From assembly GCF_006345805.1 (NCBI RefSeq), contig NC_043003.1:87544001-87608000 (forward strand): a stretch of DNA of 64,000 nt, read 5' to 3'. The stretch comes from Octopus sinensis (Eukaryota). The stretch's first letter is position 1, and each line of letters starts with the position of its first letter. The position numbers and the translations under genes are program-made. Below, piece by piece: positions 39,308 through 51,499 of this stretch. The notes below the pieces were generated by a model, which saw only the letters and a list, made by a program, of their open reading frames with translations, was not told the DNA's origin and did no database searches.

Positions 39308-42300
39308 GGTTAGTTAGTTAGTTGTAGGGGGACATGGAGTTATGTACAAGGTGGTGTTCATGCAAAGAGTTCTGGTCAAGAGAGACTTTGAACCGAGCGG
39401 TCATCGGCATCTTCACTATCTCGTCTGACAGCTTATTCCACGGATCCGCAACCCGGATGGAGAAAGCCCCTCTCCTTCAATTGAGATGAAATCGTCGCAG
39501 ATAGAGCTTTTTGGAGTGACCCCGCAGCCGACGCTCTGGAGCAGGAGTGAAGAACAGCTCTTTCGAGAGGTTACACCTTCCGCTTATGATGTTGTGAGCA
39601 AGAATGAGATCACCACAGCGGCGGCGTTTTTCTAGAGAATAAAGGTCGAGCATCTTCAGTCTTTCTTCATACGACAAATGCTTGAGACCAAGGACCATGC
39701 GGGTAGCCAGCTTCTTGGCTCTTTCGAGATGATGTATGTCTTTGAGGAGATAAGGAGAAGAGGCTTGGATCCTGTACTCCAATATGGGTCTCACCAGCGT
39801 GACATAGAGTGGTAGGAATATGGCTGCTGTGAGCATTCCGAATGACCATCGAATCAAAAACAGAACTCCGGGTGCTTTGTTGGCAGCATGGACGCACTGG
39901 GCTGAAGGCGAAAAGGAAGAATCCACTAAGATACCCAGGTCCTTTACCTGGTCGGTCCTCTCCAGCAGCAGACGACCCGGCTCGAAATCAAGTTGAGTTG
40001 CAGGAGAAGAGCCAACAGGCAGATGACAGCACTTTGACACATTCAGGCACAGGTCCCATTCGTTAGACCATCTCCAAACTTGGTGGAGGCATTGACGAAG
40101 ATCATCTATATCACTGCGAGGAGCGACCAGTTTGACATCATCGGCAAATAGAAGGGTGTGTTGTGTGAGGTCGTCAGGCAAGTCATTTGTGAAGACTAAG
40201 AACAATAAGAGCCCAAGCACTGAACCTTGAGGCACGCCACTGCTCGCACTGGAGATGTCAGACAGCGAACCATTAACTTGGACTTGGAAGGAGCGATCTG
40301 AGAGGAAGGCACCAACCCATCGTACAATATCCGGATGGAAACTATATGCTTGAAGCTTGAGAAGTAATAGGCGGTGGTTTACCAAGTCAAAAGCTTAGGC
40401 AAAGTCCAATAAAATGATATCAACAGTATCACCATCATCCAGGATACGCGTCACCAATTCTTCCATTACCAGTGAGTTGGTCAAGCATGATCTCTTCGGC
40501 ATGAAGCCGTGTTGGGAATCAGAGATAGAGGCTGTGTTTTGGAGGTGGAGCAACATACTTTTCTTAAGGATGGTTTCGAACATCTTGCTGATTATTGAAG
40601 TAAGGGAAACCGGTCAGTAGTTAAGGGGTCTTCGCGGCTCCCTTTCTTGAAAATTGGGCAGATTATCGCTGTTCTCCAGTCTGCAGGTATAACACCCGTC
40701 GCCAATGACATATTGAATAGAAGTGTTAAAGGTTCGCAGATGACTGGAGCCAACGCTTTGATAACTGGTGGGTGTATGCCGTCAGGGCTGTGACCCTTGT
40801 TGACATCGAGGCCTTGAATGACGCGTTTGACTTCGTCCCACGTGATGACCAATCTAGGCATTGGAGGTACCGATCTATCAAATGGAGGGGGTTCACGACC
40901 ATCATCTTCTTTGAAAATAGTTGCAAAAGCTTCGGCAAATAACAGACTCTGCTGATAAGGGTCCTCAATCGATATGCCTGTTGAGTCTACCAACGTTGCA
41001 ATTTGGTTGTTCAAGCGGGAATTCCATTGGACATGGGCAAAGGTTTTTGGATTGTGACTGGCATTTGCCGCGATTCTGTATTCATATCTGAAGTGTTCTT
41101 CCTTTTCAATTTTCACAGCTCGGTCTCATTGAGTTTTGTACACCTCAAAAGCTGCAGTCAAATCTAGATTTTTTAATTCAGCCCTAGCAATATCTCTGAG
41201 TCAAAGTTCTCGTTTAACCTTCTTCATCACCCAGGGCTTGTGTTTCTTCTTCTTGGGAAGCCCAACGGGAACTGCTTGGTCAGTCAACCAGATTACATAT
41301 GCTTTGAGGGACGACCATAGTTCGTTAACTGAGGACGTCGTCATCAGGGATCGCCAGTCCAGAAGCGCGGAAGCCTCGGTTAGAATTTCAAGATTGATTG
41401 CAGAGAAGACTCTACGTGGCAATGAAGTAGTCGTGGGCATAGAAAAAGTTGTGTGCATGTCGAACTTCAGGACCGCGTGATCACTCTTGGCAAGAGGGGC
41501 GCACACAGATAAGCCTGACACTGATCTTGGATAGCGGGAAAATACCAGATCCGGCATAGATGGCTGCTGCCCAGACCGATGCCTTGTCGGATATTCAACA
41601 TGTTGTGATAGAAAACAATCTTCAGCCACGTCAAGAAGGGCCTGGCCGAACCGGGAAGATGATGTACAAATTGATGCGGGCCAGTCGATTGTGGGAGCGT
41701 TGAAGTCTCCTAGTATCAAACAGTCATGAGAAGCTGAAGCGAATCTTATCGCTTCAAGTAAATGAGCATCGTCCTGGGGTCGGCAAGAGGTGGCCTGTAG
41801 ACAGCTAATACGAGCAGGCAAAACCCGGATAGGCTCAGCTTGCAATAGACGGCATCGAATTTTGTTGTAGGTTGAGCATTAGTGGGTAGAATACCACTGG
41901 ACGGTTTGAGATCAGATTTAACATACACAGCAACACCTCCACCTCACCTTTTTTCTTTGTCACATCTGAAGAGGGCATAGCCCTGTAGGTGGATTTCCGA
42001 GTCCTTTACTGCTGGAGTCAGCCAAGTCTCGGTGATAGCTATCACATATGGGGAATCACGCATGGCCATTGTAAATAATTCGCTGAACTTTGGAAATAAG
42101 GAGCACGAGTTGGTATAGACGATGCTGAGCTGTGAAGTTTGAGGGGCGGGAATTAGGGAACAAGCAGAATAAGGGGTATCAGAGATAGCATCGTTGTCGG
42201 GGGTATCTACTTTACTTCGATTCACCCTCGATTCACTTTCCCTGTCAGCACTACAGCATGTGACCAGAGGTAGGACTTGATTATTTTCCCATCTTGGATG

Positions 42301-43770
42301 CGTAAACCCTTCTCTCCCATCTGTTTTCTCATCTTCAGTTCGGATATTAGGTTTCTCCGGCGAATTCTCTCTCTCAGTGAGTATTCCTCGCGAAAACCCA
42401 TATTGGGGTCCTCCCAGGCATGCTTCTGAGCTCTGTTCAGAAAGGTTGAAGCCTCCTGATCGGAAGAAAAGATTACTCTTATTGGGTGTGGTCTAGTGTC
42501 TGAGGTTGAGTTCACTTGAAATCTTCCTAGCCGAGCGACCTTATGGATACTGACATTTTCGTTGACAGAGAACAATTCTCCAACTAAAACGGAAACAAAA
42601 TTTATGTCATCTTTTAGGCGGTTTATGCCTGTATCACAGGTGGATTCAGCTTTACCATAAATGATTGCTGATCTTGAGTGGGCAAAATGGTCTTTCTGTT
42701 CTCTACTGTGAACTGTGGCATTCGATTCTTTATCGGATAATTTAGAAAGGTCAGTTTTGTAGCCATCAAACTTATGTAGGCCTTTGGGGTCGATTGGAAT
42801 GGATTTAGTGGCCATAACTTTCCCGCCTGGTTTGGAACTGCACTGCCTCTTCTTCGTTTTGGAGGAGCACCACTCCCCAGATGACCTCAGATCAAGATCA
42901 TTCAGAATTGGTTGAGCAATGGCATTGGTGGGAAGGACAAATGAGGGAGAATCCAAACAGATTTTATCTTTAGCAGGTTTCGTAGCTAAATCTGCCCCAC
43001 TGGAGTTTTGACTATGTTTCTTCTTTTTGGGAGAACAATGGTCTTCAGGTGGGTTTGAGTCTATGCTCCTCAATTCAGGTTGGTGAACCTCCGGGACCGA
43101 AATGGCAGATGAGGAAGAATCCGCACAGATACGATCATGAGTGGAAGCGACCACCAGTTCCTTCGCCTTCTTTGGCCGCTTCAATTTTGACCCCTTCAGT
43201 TTGGATGTCTTTAGGGAAGAAATCAAGGGTGGCTCTACGTCAATAGGAGACTGTTTATTCAGTAAATGAGCCACAACAGACTTTAGGTGCTCAACCTCTT
43301 GTTTGAGCAACAGCAACTGCTCATTGAGATGTCTGTTAGTAAGACCATCTTCCTGATGAGAAGTCCTGATTTCAGGGCCCCCATATGAAAGCCTGATATC
43401 ACCGATCACCTCACCAACTGAATTCTCCAAAATAGGATCAGCAGAGCGAACCCTTTTCGCAGATCTCAGTTTCGATTTGTAGGTAGCTGAGCCAGGCTTG
43501 GACAACATGATAGATGGTTGACAAAAACAATCTTCTATAGCTGCCAGGGGCTCTAGGACAAATCTGAGTTAAAGCAGGAACAAAAACAGCTGCAATCCTT
43601 GTAGGTGTAGGCAACCGCAGACAAAATCTGAGAAAGTTTGGGCTGAACCGAATCACAATCCAAGACTGAAAGCAGACGGTGAAACGAGTCAGGAACCCTT
43701 CTTCGTTATCTGTAAGTAGCTTTGGGATAAGGGATAGTAGGTCCAACTTTAGAATATTGATATGCATGTA
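39308..43770 (-). mobile_element. Near full-length CR1-clade LINE: ORF1 plus APE-RT ORF2, (AACT)n tail
   Basis: ORF2: IVYTN, IAITETWL, LAVYRPP, ILGDFNAP, QHGFMPKRSCLTN, LDFA, GVPQGSVLG, LLFADDVK. Few lesions; tail at 39308-39322. Confidence 0.93.
42222..43508 (-). CDS. CR1 ORF1 protein, 428 aa, open
   Basis: Coiled coil (EQLLLLKQEVEHLK), then AIIYGKAES..KVARLG..RPHPIRVIF..ELKMR..GEKGLRIQDGKI, typical of CR1 ORF1. Confidence 0.8.
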   Translation of the reverse strand: MLSKPGSATYKSKLRSAKRVRSADPILENSVGEVIGDIRLSYGGPEIRTSHQEDGLTNRHLNEQLLLLKQEVEHLKSVVAHLLNKQSPIDVEPPLISSLKTSKLKGSKLKRPKKAKELVVASTHDRICADSSSSAISVPEVHQPELRSIDSNPPEDHCSPKKKKHSQNSSGADLATKPAKDKICLDSPSFVLPTNAIAQPILNDLDLRSSGEWCSSKTKKRQCSSKPGGKVMATKSIPIDPKGLHKFDGYKTDLSKLSDKESNATVHSREQKDHFAHSRSAIIYGKAESTCDTGINRLKDDINFVSVLVGELFSVNENVSIHKVARLGRFQVNSTSDTRPHPIRVIFSSDQEASTFLNRAQKHAWEDPNMGFREEYSLRERIRRRNLISELKMRKQMGEKGLRIQDGKIIKSYLWSHAVVLTGKVNRG

Positions 43771-45002
43771 AAATGCTCCACACAGTTAAATATCATTTGT
43801 TGTGCCATTTAGTACTTCAATATTTGTGTGTGTGTATGTTTGTATATGTGTGAATAAATGTGTTTATGTGCGAGAAGGCTCATGTTTTTGTCTTTCGTTA
43901 ATTTAATTCAATTATTTCTCACGTTTTTCCCTTTTAAAATATTTTTTAAAGTAATTTATATGCTGGAGGGAGGGCTGAAGGTTTGTTTTTACTGTAAATT
44001 CTCTTTTCTCCCAACAAAGAAAAATAAAAGGGATTTTTCATTGGTGCCACCGGTATAATTCAGACACGGGGAAAACATCTTGATGTCACCGTCAACTTGT
44101 ATGTTTCTAATTGTAGCAGTAGTGGTTATTTCTGATAGCAGCAGTAGTAGTAGCTGTAGCAGCAACTACTACTTTTTATAAAGTGGGATGAAGTCCGATT
44201 GGTCAAAAAGAGTTCAAATGTCTACTATATTGTTGATGGAACTTGCGAACAGTGACCTTGACTTTGAGAAAAATCAAGGAGGGGCCGACTATGAACAGTA
44301 TTTGTGAATAGAGTCATATACATTCAGAGAGAATCTATAATTAGTATCATTTTTTTCCTTCTTTTTCTCCACGTGTTTATTTCTGTGATTGCAATAAAAA
44401 GTATGTTTGCATATTTCGGGTAGTCAAGAAGAAAATAAAGGTTAGCAGGTGCTTACTTCCATAATTTTAACATGCATTTAATTGTGTTGTTACAATAAAA
44501 GGCATTTTTACATATTCTGATAGTCAAGGAAGAGGGGACGACAAAAAGTTCACACAATATTGGAGATATTTATGTTTCTAAGATTTTTTGTTAGGTGTTC
44601 GTTTGTTTGTCCAAAACTGTAGATTTGTAAGTCCTTAACTTATTTTGAGGGAAATTCAAATTACTCACAGAAAACAGTAGATCTTCCAGTTTTTTACAGT
44701 TGTTTATCAGTAGTCCTGCTGGGTTGTATTTGTGTTTCTGTGTCTTCAGCTGCTGACAGGTCGGAGCAGTGAAAAACACGTCCAGCCTCTGTCACGTCCC
44801 TGCCTCTGTCACGTCCCTGCCTATCCTTGCTCTAAGTAATTAATCTCCCCTCAACCTAGTGGCTTCCTACACCTCACACATTCATTCATGACAATATATA
44901 AGTATGATATTTGTCTCTTTAACCCAATTCAACCCAAATATTCTACCTGTTTTACACTCAAATTAGCTAGATCTCATCTCACACCTAGCCTATAATCTCT
45001 TC

Positions 45003-45540
45003 TCTCTATATATAAAAGGCAGTTTGTCTGTCTGTGTGTCTGTCAGGTTGTACCCTCACCCTGACCACGGCTTTCAACCGATTCTGATGAAACTTGACAC
45101 ACACATAGGCCAATGTCATAATTCAAAACTAATGCAGTGAAAAATTTGAAAAGTTCCTCCAGTTCTGAAAAAAATCGATAAATTCGACATGGGGTCGAGA
45201 GTCTAAGCTTTTCATATGCAACACATTTTCTGTTGTAGTTTTCGCAACTTGCAATCGATTTTCACCAAACTCATGGTAAAGCTTAATGTTACCCTAAGAA
45301 ACTTAACTCTGACGTTAGTTTTCCATGCAATACCTTACCATCAGAAAAAATCGATAAAACCATGCCATTTTGGGAAATCGCGTTCAAATTCAAGATGACA
45401 TATTTTCGACAATATCTTTAACAAATTGGCAGGAATTTTTTTTTAATTTCACAGCGAGCATCATGTCTGCTCCAAGGAGCTATATGACCCTTTTTATTCC
45501 AATAGGATACTTTATTACTGGAAAATATTGGTTAATTAAA
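45003..45540 (+). mobile_element. Probable non-autonomous Helitron 5' part
   Basis: Starts TCTCTCTATATATAAAAGG, (GTCT)n, ACCGATTCTGATGAAACTTG, all typical of Helitron-N 5' regions. No 3' CTAG end found. Confidence 0.5.
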
Positions 45541-45542
45541 TA

Positions 45543-48500
45543 TATCATCATCATCATCATCATCGTTGAACATCCGCTTTCCATGCTAGCATGGGTTGGA
45601 AGATTTGACTGAGGTCTGGCGAACCAGATGGCTGCATCAGGTTCCAATCTGATCTGGCAAAGTTTCTACAGCTGGATGCCCTTCCTAATGCCAACCACTC
45701 CAAGAGTGTAGTGGGTGCTTTTACGTGCCACCGGTACAAGATCCAGACAGGCGGTACTGGCAACGGCCACACTCAAATAGTGCTTTTTATGTGCCACCTG
45801 CATAGGAGCCAGTCCAGCGGCACTGGCAACGAACTCACTTGTATGTTTTTTCACGTGCCTCCAGTACAAGTGCTTGTAAGGTGACGCAGGTAATGATCAC
45901 ACTCGAACGGTGCTTTTTACGTGCCACCGGCACGGAAGCCAGTTTGTTGCTCTGGCAACGATTATGCTCAGATGGTACTCTTAGCACTCCACTAGCATGG
46001 ATGCCAGTCATCGGATTTGATTTCGATTTCGATTTCACTTGCCTCAACAGGTCTTCGCAAACAGAGTTTAATGTCCAATGAAGGAAAGGTATGCATTATA
46101 TAAGTAGGCTGGTTACACCCCTGGCATAGGCCATGAGGTTATAGTCTCACTTGGCTTGCCGAGTCCTCTCAAGTGCAGCATATTTCCAAAGGTCCCGGTC
46201 ACTAGTCATTGCCTTGGTGAGGCTCAATGTTCGAAGTTCATGCTTTGCCACCTCATCCCAGGTCTTCCTGGGTCTACCTCTTCCACAGGTTCCCTCAACC
46301 GCTAGGGTGTGGCACTTTTTTTTCACTGCTATCTACATCCATTCTCGCTACATGGCCATACCAGCACAGTCTCTTACACACCACATCTGATGCTTCTTAG
46401 GTCCAATTTTTCTCTCAAGGTATTAACACTTTGTCAAGTATGCACACTGACATTACACATCCATCGGAGCATACTGGCTTCATTCCTTGTGAGCTTACGC
46501 ATGTCCTCAGCAGTCACGGCCCATGTTTCACTGCCATGTAGCATGGCTGTACGTACATATGCGTCATACAGTCTACCTTTTACTCTGAGTGAGAGGCCTT
46601 TTGCCACCAACAGAGGTAGGAGCTCTCTGAACTTTGCCCAGGCTATTCTTATTCTAGCAGCTACACTTTCAGCGCACCCTCCCCCACTACTGATTTGGTC
46701 CCCTAGGCAACAGAAGTTATCAACTACTTCTAGTTTTTCTCCCTGGAATGTGGCAGAGCTTGTTCTCTGCACATTTTCAGTGTTTATTGCTCCTGAGCAT
46801 CTGCCATGTACAAAAACTATCTTCCCAGTTAGCCTTCCTTTGACATTGCTGTACCTCTTATGTGTCCATAGCTTACACCGGGTACATCTTATAAGTTTCT
46901 ACATACACCTTTTCTACAGATCGAACAGGGCCAACTACCTGGAGGGATTTGTGGTTTGCTTGCCTTCCTACTTATTAGGACTTTGGTTTTAGCTAGGCCC
47001 TTCGATTCTAATCCTTGTTTCCACACTTGAATCTTCTCCTCTAGTTCTGATAGTGACTCAGCAATTAGAGCAAGGTTGTCTGCATAGAGGAGCTACCAGG
47101 GGCATCCTGACTTGAATTCCTCTGTTATTGCCTGGAGGACTATGATAAATAGGAGGGGATTGAGGACTGAACCTTGGTGGACCCCTACCTCTACCCAGAA
47201 TTCTTCACTGTACTCGTTGCCAATCCTAACCTAACTGACAGCGTCCCTGTACATGGCTTGCACAGCTCTCACTAACCATTCATCTATCCCTAGTTTCCTA
47301 ATTGACCACCAGATAAGGGATAGGGGGACCCTATCAAAGTCTTTCTCCATGTCAATGAAAGCTAGGTACAGAGGTTTTTCTCCTGCAGCTGTCTTACCAG
47401 AAATATAGCATCAGTGGTTCTTTTCCCTGGTAGGAACCCAAACTGCATCTCATCTAATTAGTTGGGCTATGACCTTCTCTGTGATCTTCCTTACCTGATC
47501 CAACAACTTGATACCTCTGCAATTATTTGTATCTAAAGCGTCACCTTTACCTTTGTAGCAGTTGACTATTATGCTGCTACACCAGTCATTGGGTATGACT
47601 CCTTTGTGTATCACCTGGTTAACTATATGGGTAACTAGGCTATAGCCAACACTGCCAGATGATTTGAGCATCTCTGCAGTAATTCCCGATGGGCCGGGGG
47701 CTTTCCCTGTCTTCATACTCTTAATTGCTTTATCTACAAAGGTACTGTCAACTCGGATAGCTGGTCCCTCTGTTGGGTCAACATTCGGCAGACTTTCTTT
47801 CTCCCATTCATCTTCTTTATTGAGCAAACTTTCAAAGTGACATCTCCAAGCCTCTCTCTTTGCATCCTCATTTAGTGCAAGTGAACCATCATCCATGCCG
47901 ACATATTTCTCTCCTACATCACAATTCTCTCTCACACACTGTCTTGTAACACAAAATACCTCAAGTCTTTGGTCCTCATGTTGCAGAACATTGGCAAATT
48001 TTTTTTTATCTGCTTCCCCTCTGGCTAAATAAACCTGTCTCCTAGCTTCCCTTCTGGCAGTCTGATACAGTTCTCTGCTACCACCGTTCTTCCAGTCCTT
48101 CCAAGCCTGTTTCTTTTCTCTAATAGCCCTGTCAACAACATTGTTCCACCACCGCATTATTTTGGGTTGAGAGGGGGCTTTGCACCATCCACAGAGCTGG
48201 TTGGTGGCCCTTAGCAGGTTGTCCCGTAGGAACCTCCAGTTGTCTTCTATACCATGTGAAGCTATATCCCCTTCTATTTTGTCAAAGGCTTTGTGTATTA
48301 TGTCTCTAAATCTCTGTCCATTTGCAGGATCTTTAAGCTTCCAGACCCTTCTCCTCCATGTTGGTCGCCTTCTGGGCATCCACTTAGCCTTGATCCTGAA
48401 GTCACTAACTACCAGTCTATGTTGTGGGGTTCATTCTTCGCCTGGGAAGGTTTTGGCATTCATAAGCTGCCAACTTGCCCTTTTTCTGGCGAGGATGTAG

Positions 48501-49170
48501 TCAATCTGACTAGTGTGTCTGCCAGATCAGTAGGTGACTAGCAGGTATCCTGAAGTTAGTATTACAAACCATAAGATCATTTACATCACAGAACTCCAGC
48601 AGCCTGGTTCCCTCCTCATTGCGGGAACCAAAAGCATAGCCTCCATGTATTCCATGGAATCCTCCTGTATGTTGTCCAACATGTCCATTGAAGTCACCAG
48701 CCACAAAGAGAAGGTCCCTGTCATTCGTCAACGAGGTAGTCTACAAAAGGGTGTCATAGAATCGGTCTTTCTGTCCATTGGGTAGCCCTGGCTGAGGAGC
48801 ATAGGCCAAGATAATGGTTGCTAACCCATGATGAAGCACTAATCTAATCTTAAGTATTCTGTTGCATACTCTGACTACCTCAATTACCTTATCCACCTAT
48901 TTCTCTGCAAGAAGTATACCCATGCCCCTAACCCCATCAGTGTTCCCTGCCCAGAAAATTTTGTACCTGTGTTCTTTGCTTGTGAGGAACCTCCTCTCCA
49001 CCTTACTTCTTGGATGCAGCACATATCGACACATCTCCGTTCAAGCATCTCAACAATCTCCCCAGACCTACCTTTCAGTGTGCTGACGTTGAGAGTGCCA
49101 ACACCGAGGGTGTGGGAGGTATGGACCCATGAGACTCTGGGACAGGAGACAGCTTGCATTTGGCAGAATT
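45543..49170 (-). mobile_element. Near full-length RTE family 1 LINE
   Basis: (CAT)n tail at 45543. APE GTLNVSTLKGRSGEIVEMLERR..CIQEVRWRG and FVAGDFNGHVG; RT as in 2475-5297; multiple lesions. Confidence 0.93.
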
Positions 49171-49399
49171 CATAAACAAACAATAGACTTCAGTTCAACC
49201 TGCATACACTACATTATCATATTTTTGCACTATATGATCACTACCTTACATAGTAGATAAACCCTAAGTAGGGGTGCGGATGGCATAAAGCCTTTAGAAG
49301 TGTTCATGGGAGATAACCAAAGGATGGCAAAGGATAGGAACTACTGGTGCAGTTGGAGGGCAGGCGCACCGCAAACTAGGAAGTTTAGTCGAGAGCATC

Positions 49400-50125
49400 T
49401 TCTGCGTGCGCTGGTTTATATAGGGTGGTGGTGGTGGTGGTGGTGAAGGAGGAAGTTTTGGCAAAGCTAGTGGTAATTGAAAGAGAGACAGACAGTGAGG
49501 CTGAGAGAAAGAGACAGAGTGAAGCGGAGGGAGAGAGTGAGTAGTGGTCAAGAACATGAGGGAGAAAAATATTCTTTTGGGATCTGCATAGCATAATTTA
49601 GTTAGATAGCAAATGTTGATTATAGTAAAAATAGAATTGAGAAATCTGAGAGTTTTCGGTCAGACAATCTAAGACAAAATTAGAGAAATAAGTGACTGTG
49701 TGATAAACTTTAATAGATGAATGAATGAATATGTTGCGGCTAAGGAAATGTGTGAACTAAGGTTATCTTAAGGCAACAACGAGGAAGATGAAACTATTGA
49801 AACTATATTTACATGATGACATGGTACGGAAATAGACAGAATAATGAAAAGAACTAATAAGGAGTTTATGATCTGTGCAGAAATAGAAGAGTAGATGAAC
49901 GAGGTTGAAAAGACAAAACTTCTTATCTGAACATCTTCTGGGATTCGTATCCTTCGGCAGAGGTATTGAAAGCAAGTAGGGGAGTCCGAGTGCGTGCGCT
50001 AGTTTATATAGGGTGGTGGTGGTGGTGGTGGAGGAAGTCTTGGCGAAGCGAGTGGTAATCGAAAGAGGGAGAGAAAGACAGACAGAGTGAGGCTGAGAGA
50101 GAGACAGAATCACCGAGGAGGCCAT
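49400..50125. repeat. Dispersed direct repeat pair (about 150 bp; about 49403-49555 and about 49990-50122)
   Basis: GCGTGCGCT.GTTTATATAGGG(TGG)n..GAGGAAG..TTGGC.AAGC..GTGGTAAT.GAAAGA in both copies. Confidence 0.8.
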
Positions 50126-50269
50126 GCTTCCCGGACGCGACATGAGGCGCAGGGCAGACCAGAATGGTTGGCACACACGCCCCACCACCTCTTCTCCCCA
50201 GGCTGGTTGAAGCAGGCACAAAACAATGTGAATAAATAAGCATTACATTTGGCAGAATAATCTGAATGC

Positions 50270-50745
50270 TAAAGGGTTAATTCCTTCTCTTTTCCTCCTG
50301 GACCTTCCTGACTTTAGTTTACCTTCATCATCATTATCCCTCATAATGAAGGCCCCCTTACACTCAAGCATTTTCTTGATTTTCATCCTGATCTCCAGCC
50401 TAGCACTCCTACTCTCATCCAGTTAGATAAATTGGTTTTCTCTTTGAATTGCTTTTTGTTCATTGGAGCGATTTACCAACAGATCTCAAGTGTGGGCCCC
50501 AACTATCTAGACCTATTTGTTAGCTGCATTGATGCTGAAATATTCTCACAGTTCACCAGTTTACTGTATCAGTGTGACCTTACTCTCCTACAAACAACTC
50601 CTTCCTGTCTTTTGTCTAATCCTTCTGCTCTGTCTCCAACACCTCTGTTAACTTCCTCTATAATTTTGTTGCCCAGATTTGTGGCCCATATGACATCTGG
50701 ACAGTATTCAAGAGTAATACAACACTTCACAAATATCTCCTTCGA
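50270..50745 (+). mobile_element. Neptune-type Penelope RT fragment
   Basis: LVFSLNCFLFIGAIYQQIS..GPNYLDLFVSCID..IFSQF. Confidence 0.6.
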
Positions 50746-50749
50746 GTAA

Positions 50750-51130
50750 AACCAGCAATAGAAGAGAATTATGTGTACTCCATCCCACACAGCTGTGGTA
50801 GTTTATACAAAGGCGAAACATGCTACCCCCTCAAAATAAGAGTAGAGGAACATTGCAAAGCTGTGACATGAGGAGATATTGATAAATCGGGTATAGCTGA
50901 TCATGTATGGAAAAATGGAGACCACCTCCCCCTGTGGGATGAAGTTAAAATAATAGACAGAGAACACCACTGGAAAATACGAAAACTAAAAGAAGCAGCA
51001 CATATGCTAGGACACAACAACCTCCTCAGCAGAGTGCAGATATGAATAGCATATGGGAACCAGTATCAAGGAAGGATAGGAAAATATTAGATTTTCTAAT
51101 ATTCATTAAAAATATTCACTAAAATTCACT
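50750..51130 (+). mobile_element. Poseidon-type Penelope GIY-YIG C-terminus
   Basis: KIRVEEHCKAV..KSGIADHVWKNGDHLPLWDEVKIIDREHHWKIRKLKEAAHM. Confidence 0.75.
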
Positions 51131-51145
51131 CCATAAATGCCCATA

Positions 51146-51222
51146 ATGGCATAGTGGTTAAGAGCGTGGGCTACTAGCTACTAACCCCAAGATTCTGAGT
51201 TCAATTTCAGGCAGTGACCTAA
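51146..51222 (+). other. tRNA-like Pol III head followed by (AAT)n
   Basis: A box TGGCATAGTGG and B-box-like GAGTTCAATTTC; degenerate, not a functional tRNA. Confidence 0.55.
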
Positions 51223-51499
51223 ATAATAATAATAATATTAATAATAATAATTAATTCTTTTATTGGCCACAAGAGCTGACAAAAATTAATTATAACATAA
51301 AGGGACTAAACAGGACGAAAGGTTACAAAGGCTTTTGTACAAAAATACCTTAGGAATGAGAACCCAGAAACGTGCTAACAACAAACAAGATGAGGACAAA
51401 TATTCGTCAGATGTAAATAATGTACATAATTCCTCATCTCTTAACAATAAACAAGATGAGGACAAATATCCATCAAATGTAAATAATGTAAATTATGCT

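Noticed and set aside
44595-44835. Further SLC1 exons at splice-like sites near 44595 and 44750
   Set aside because: Translations show no similarity to the expected TM4-TM5 region.
51146-51222. Functional tRNA gene
   Set aside because: No complete cloverleaf, degenerate B box and a simple-repeat tail.
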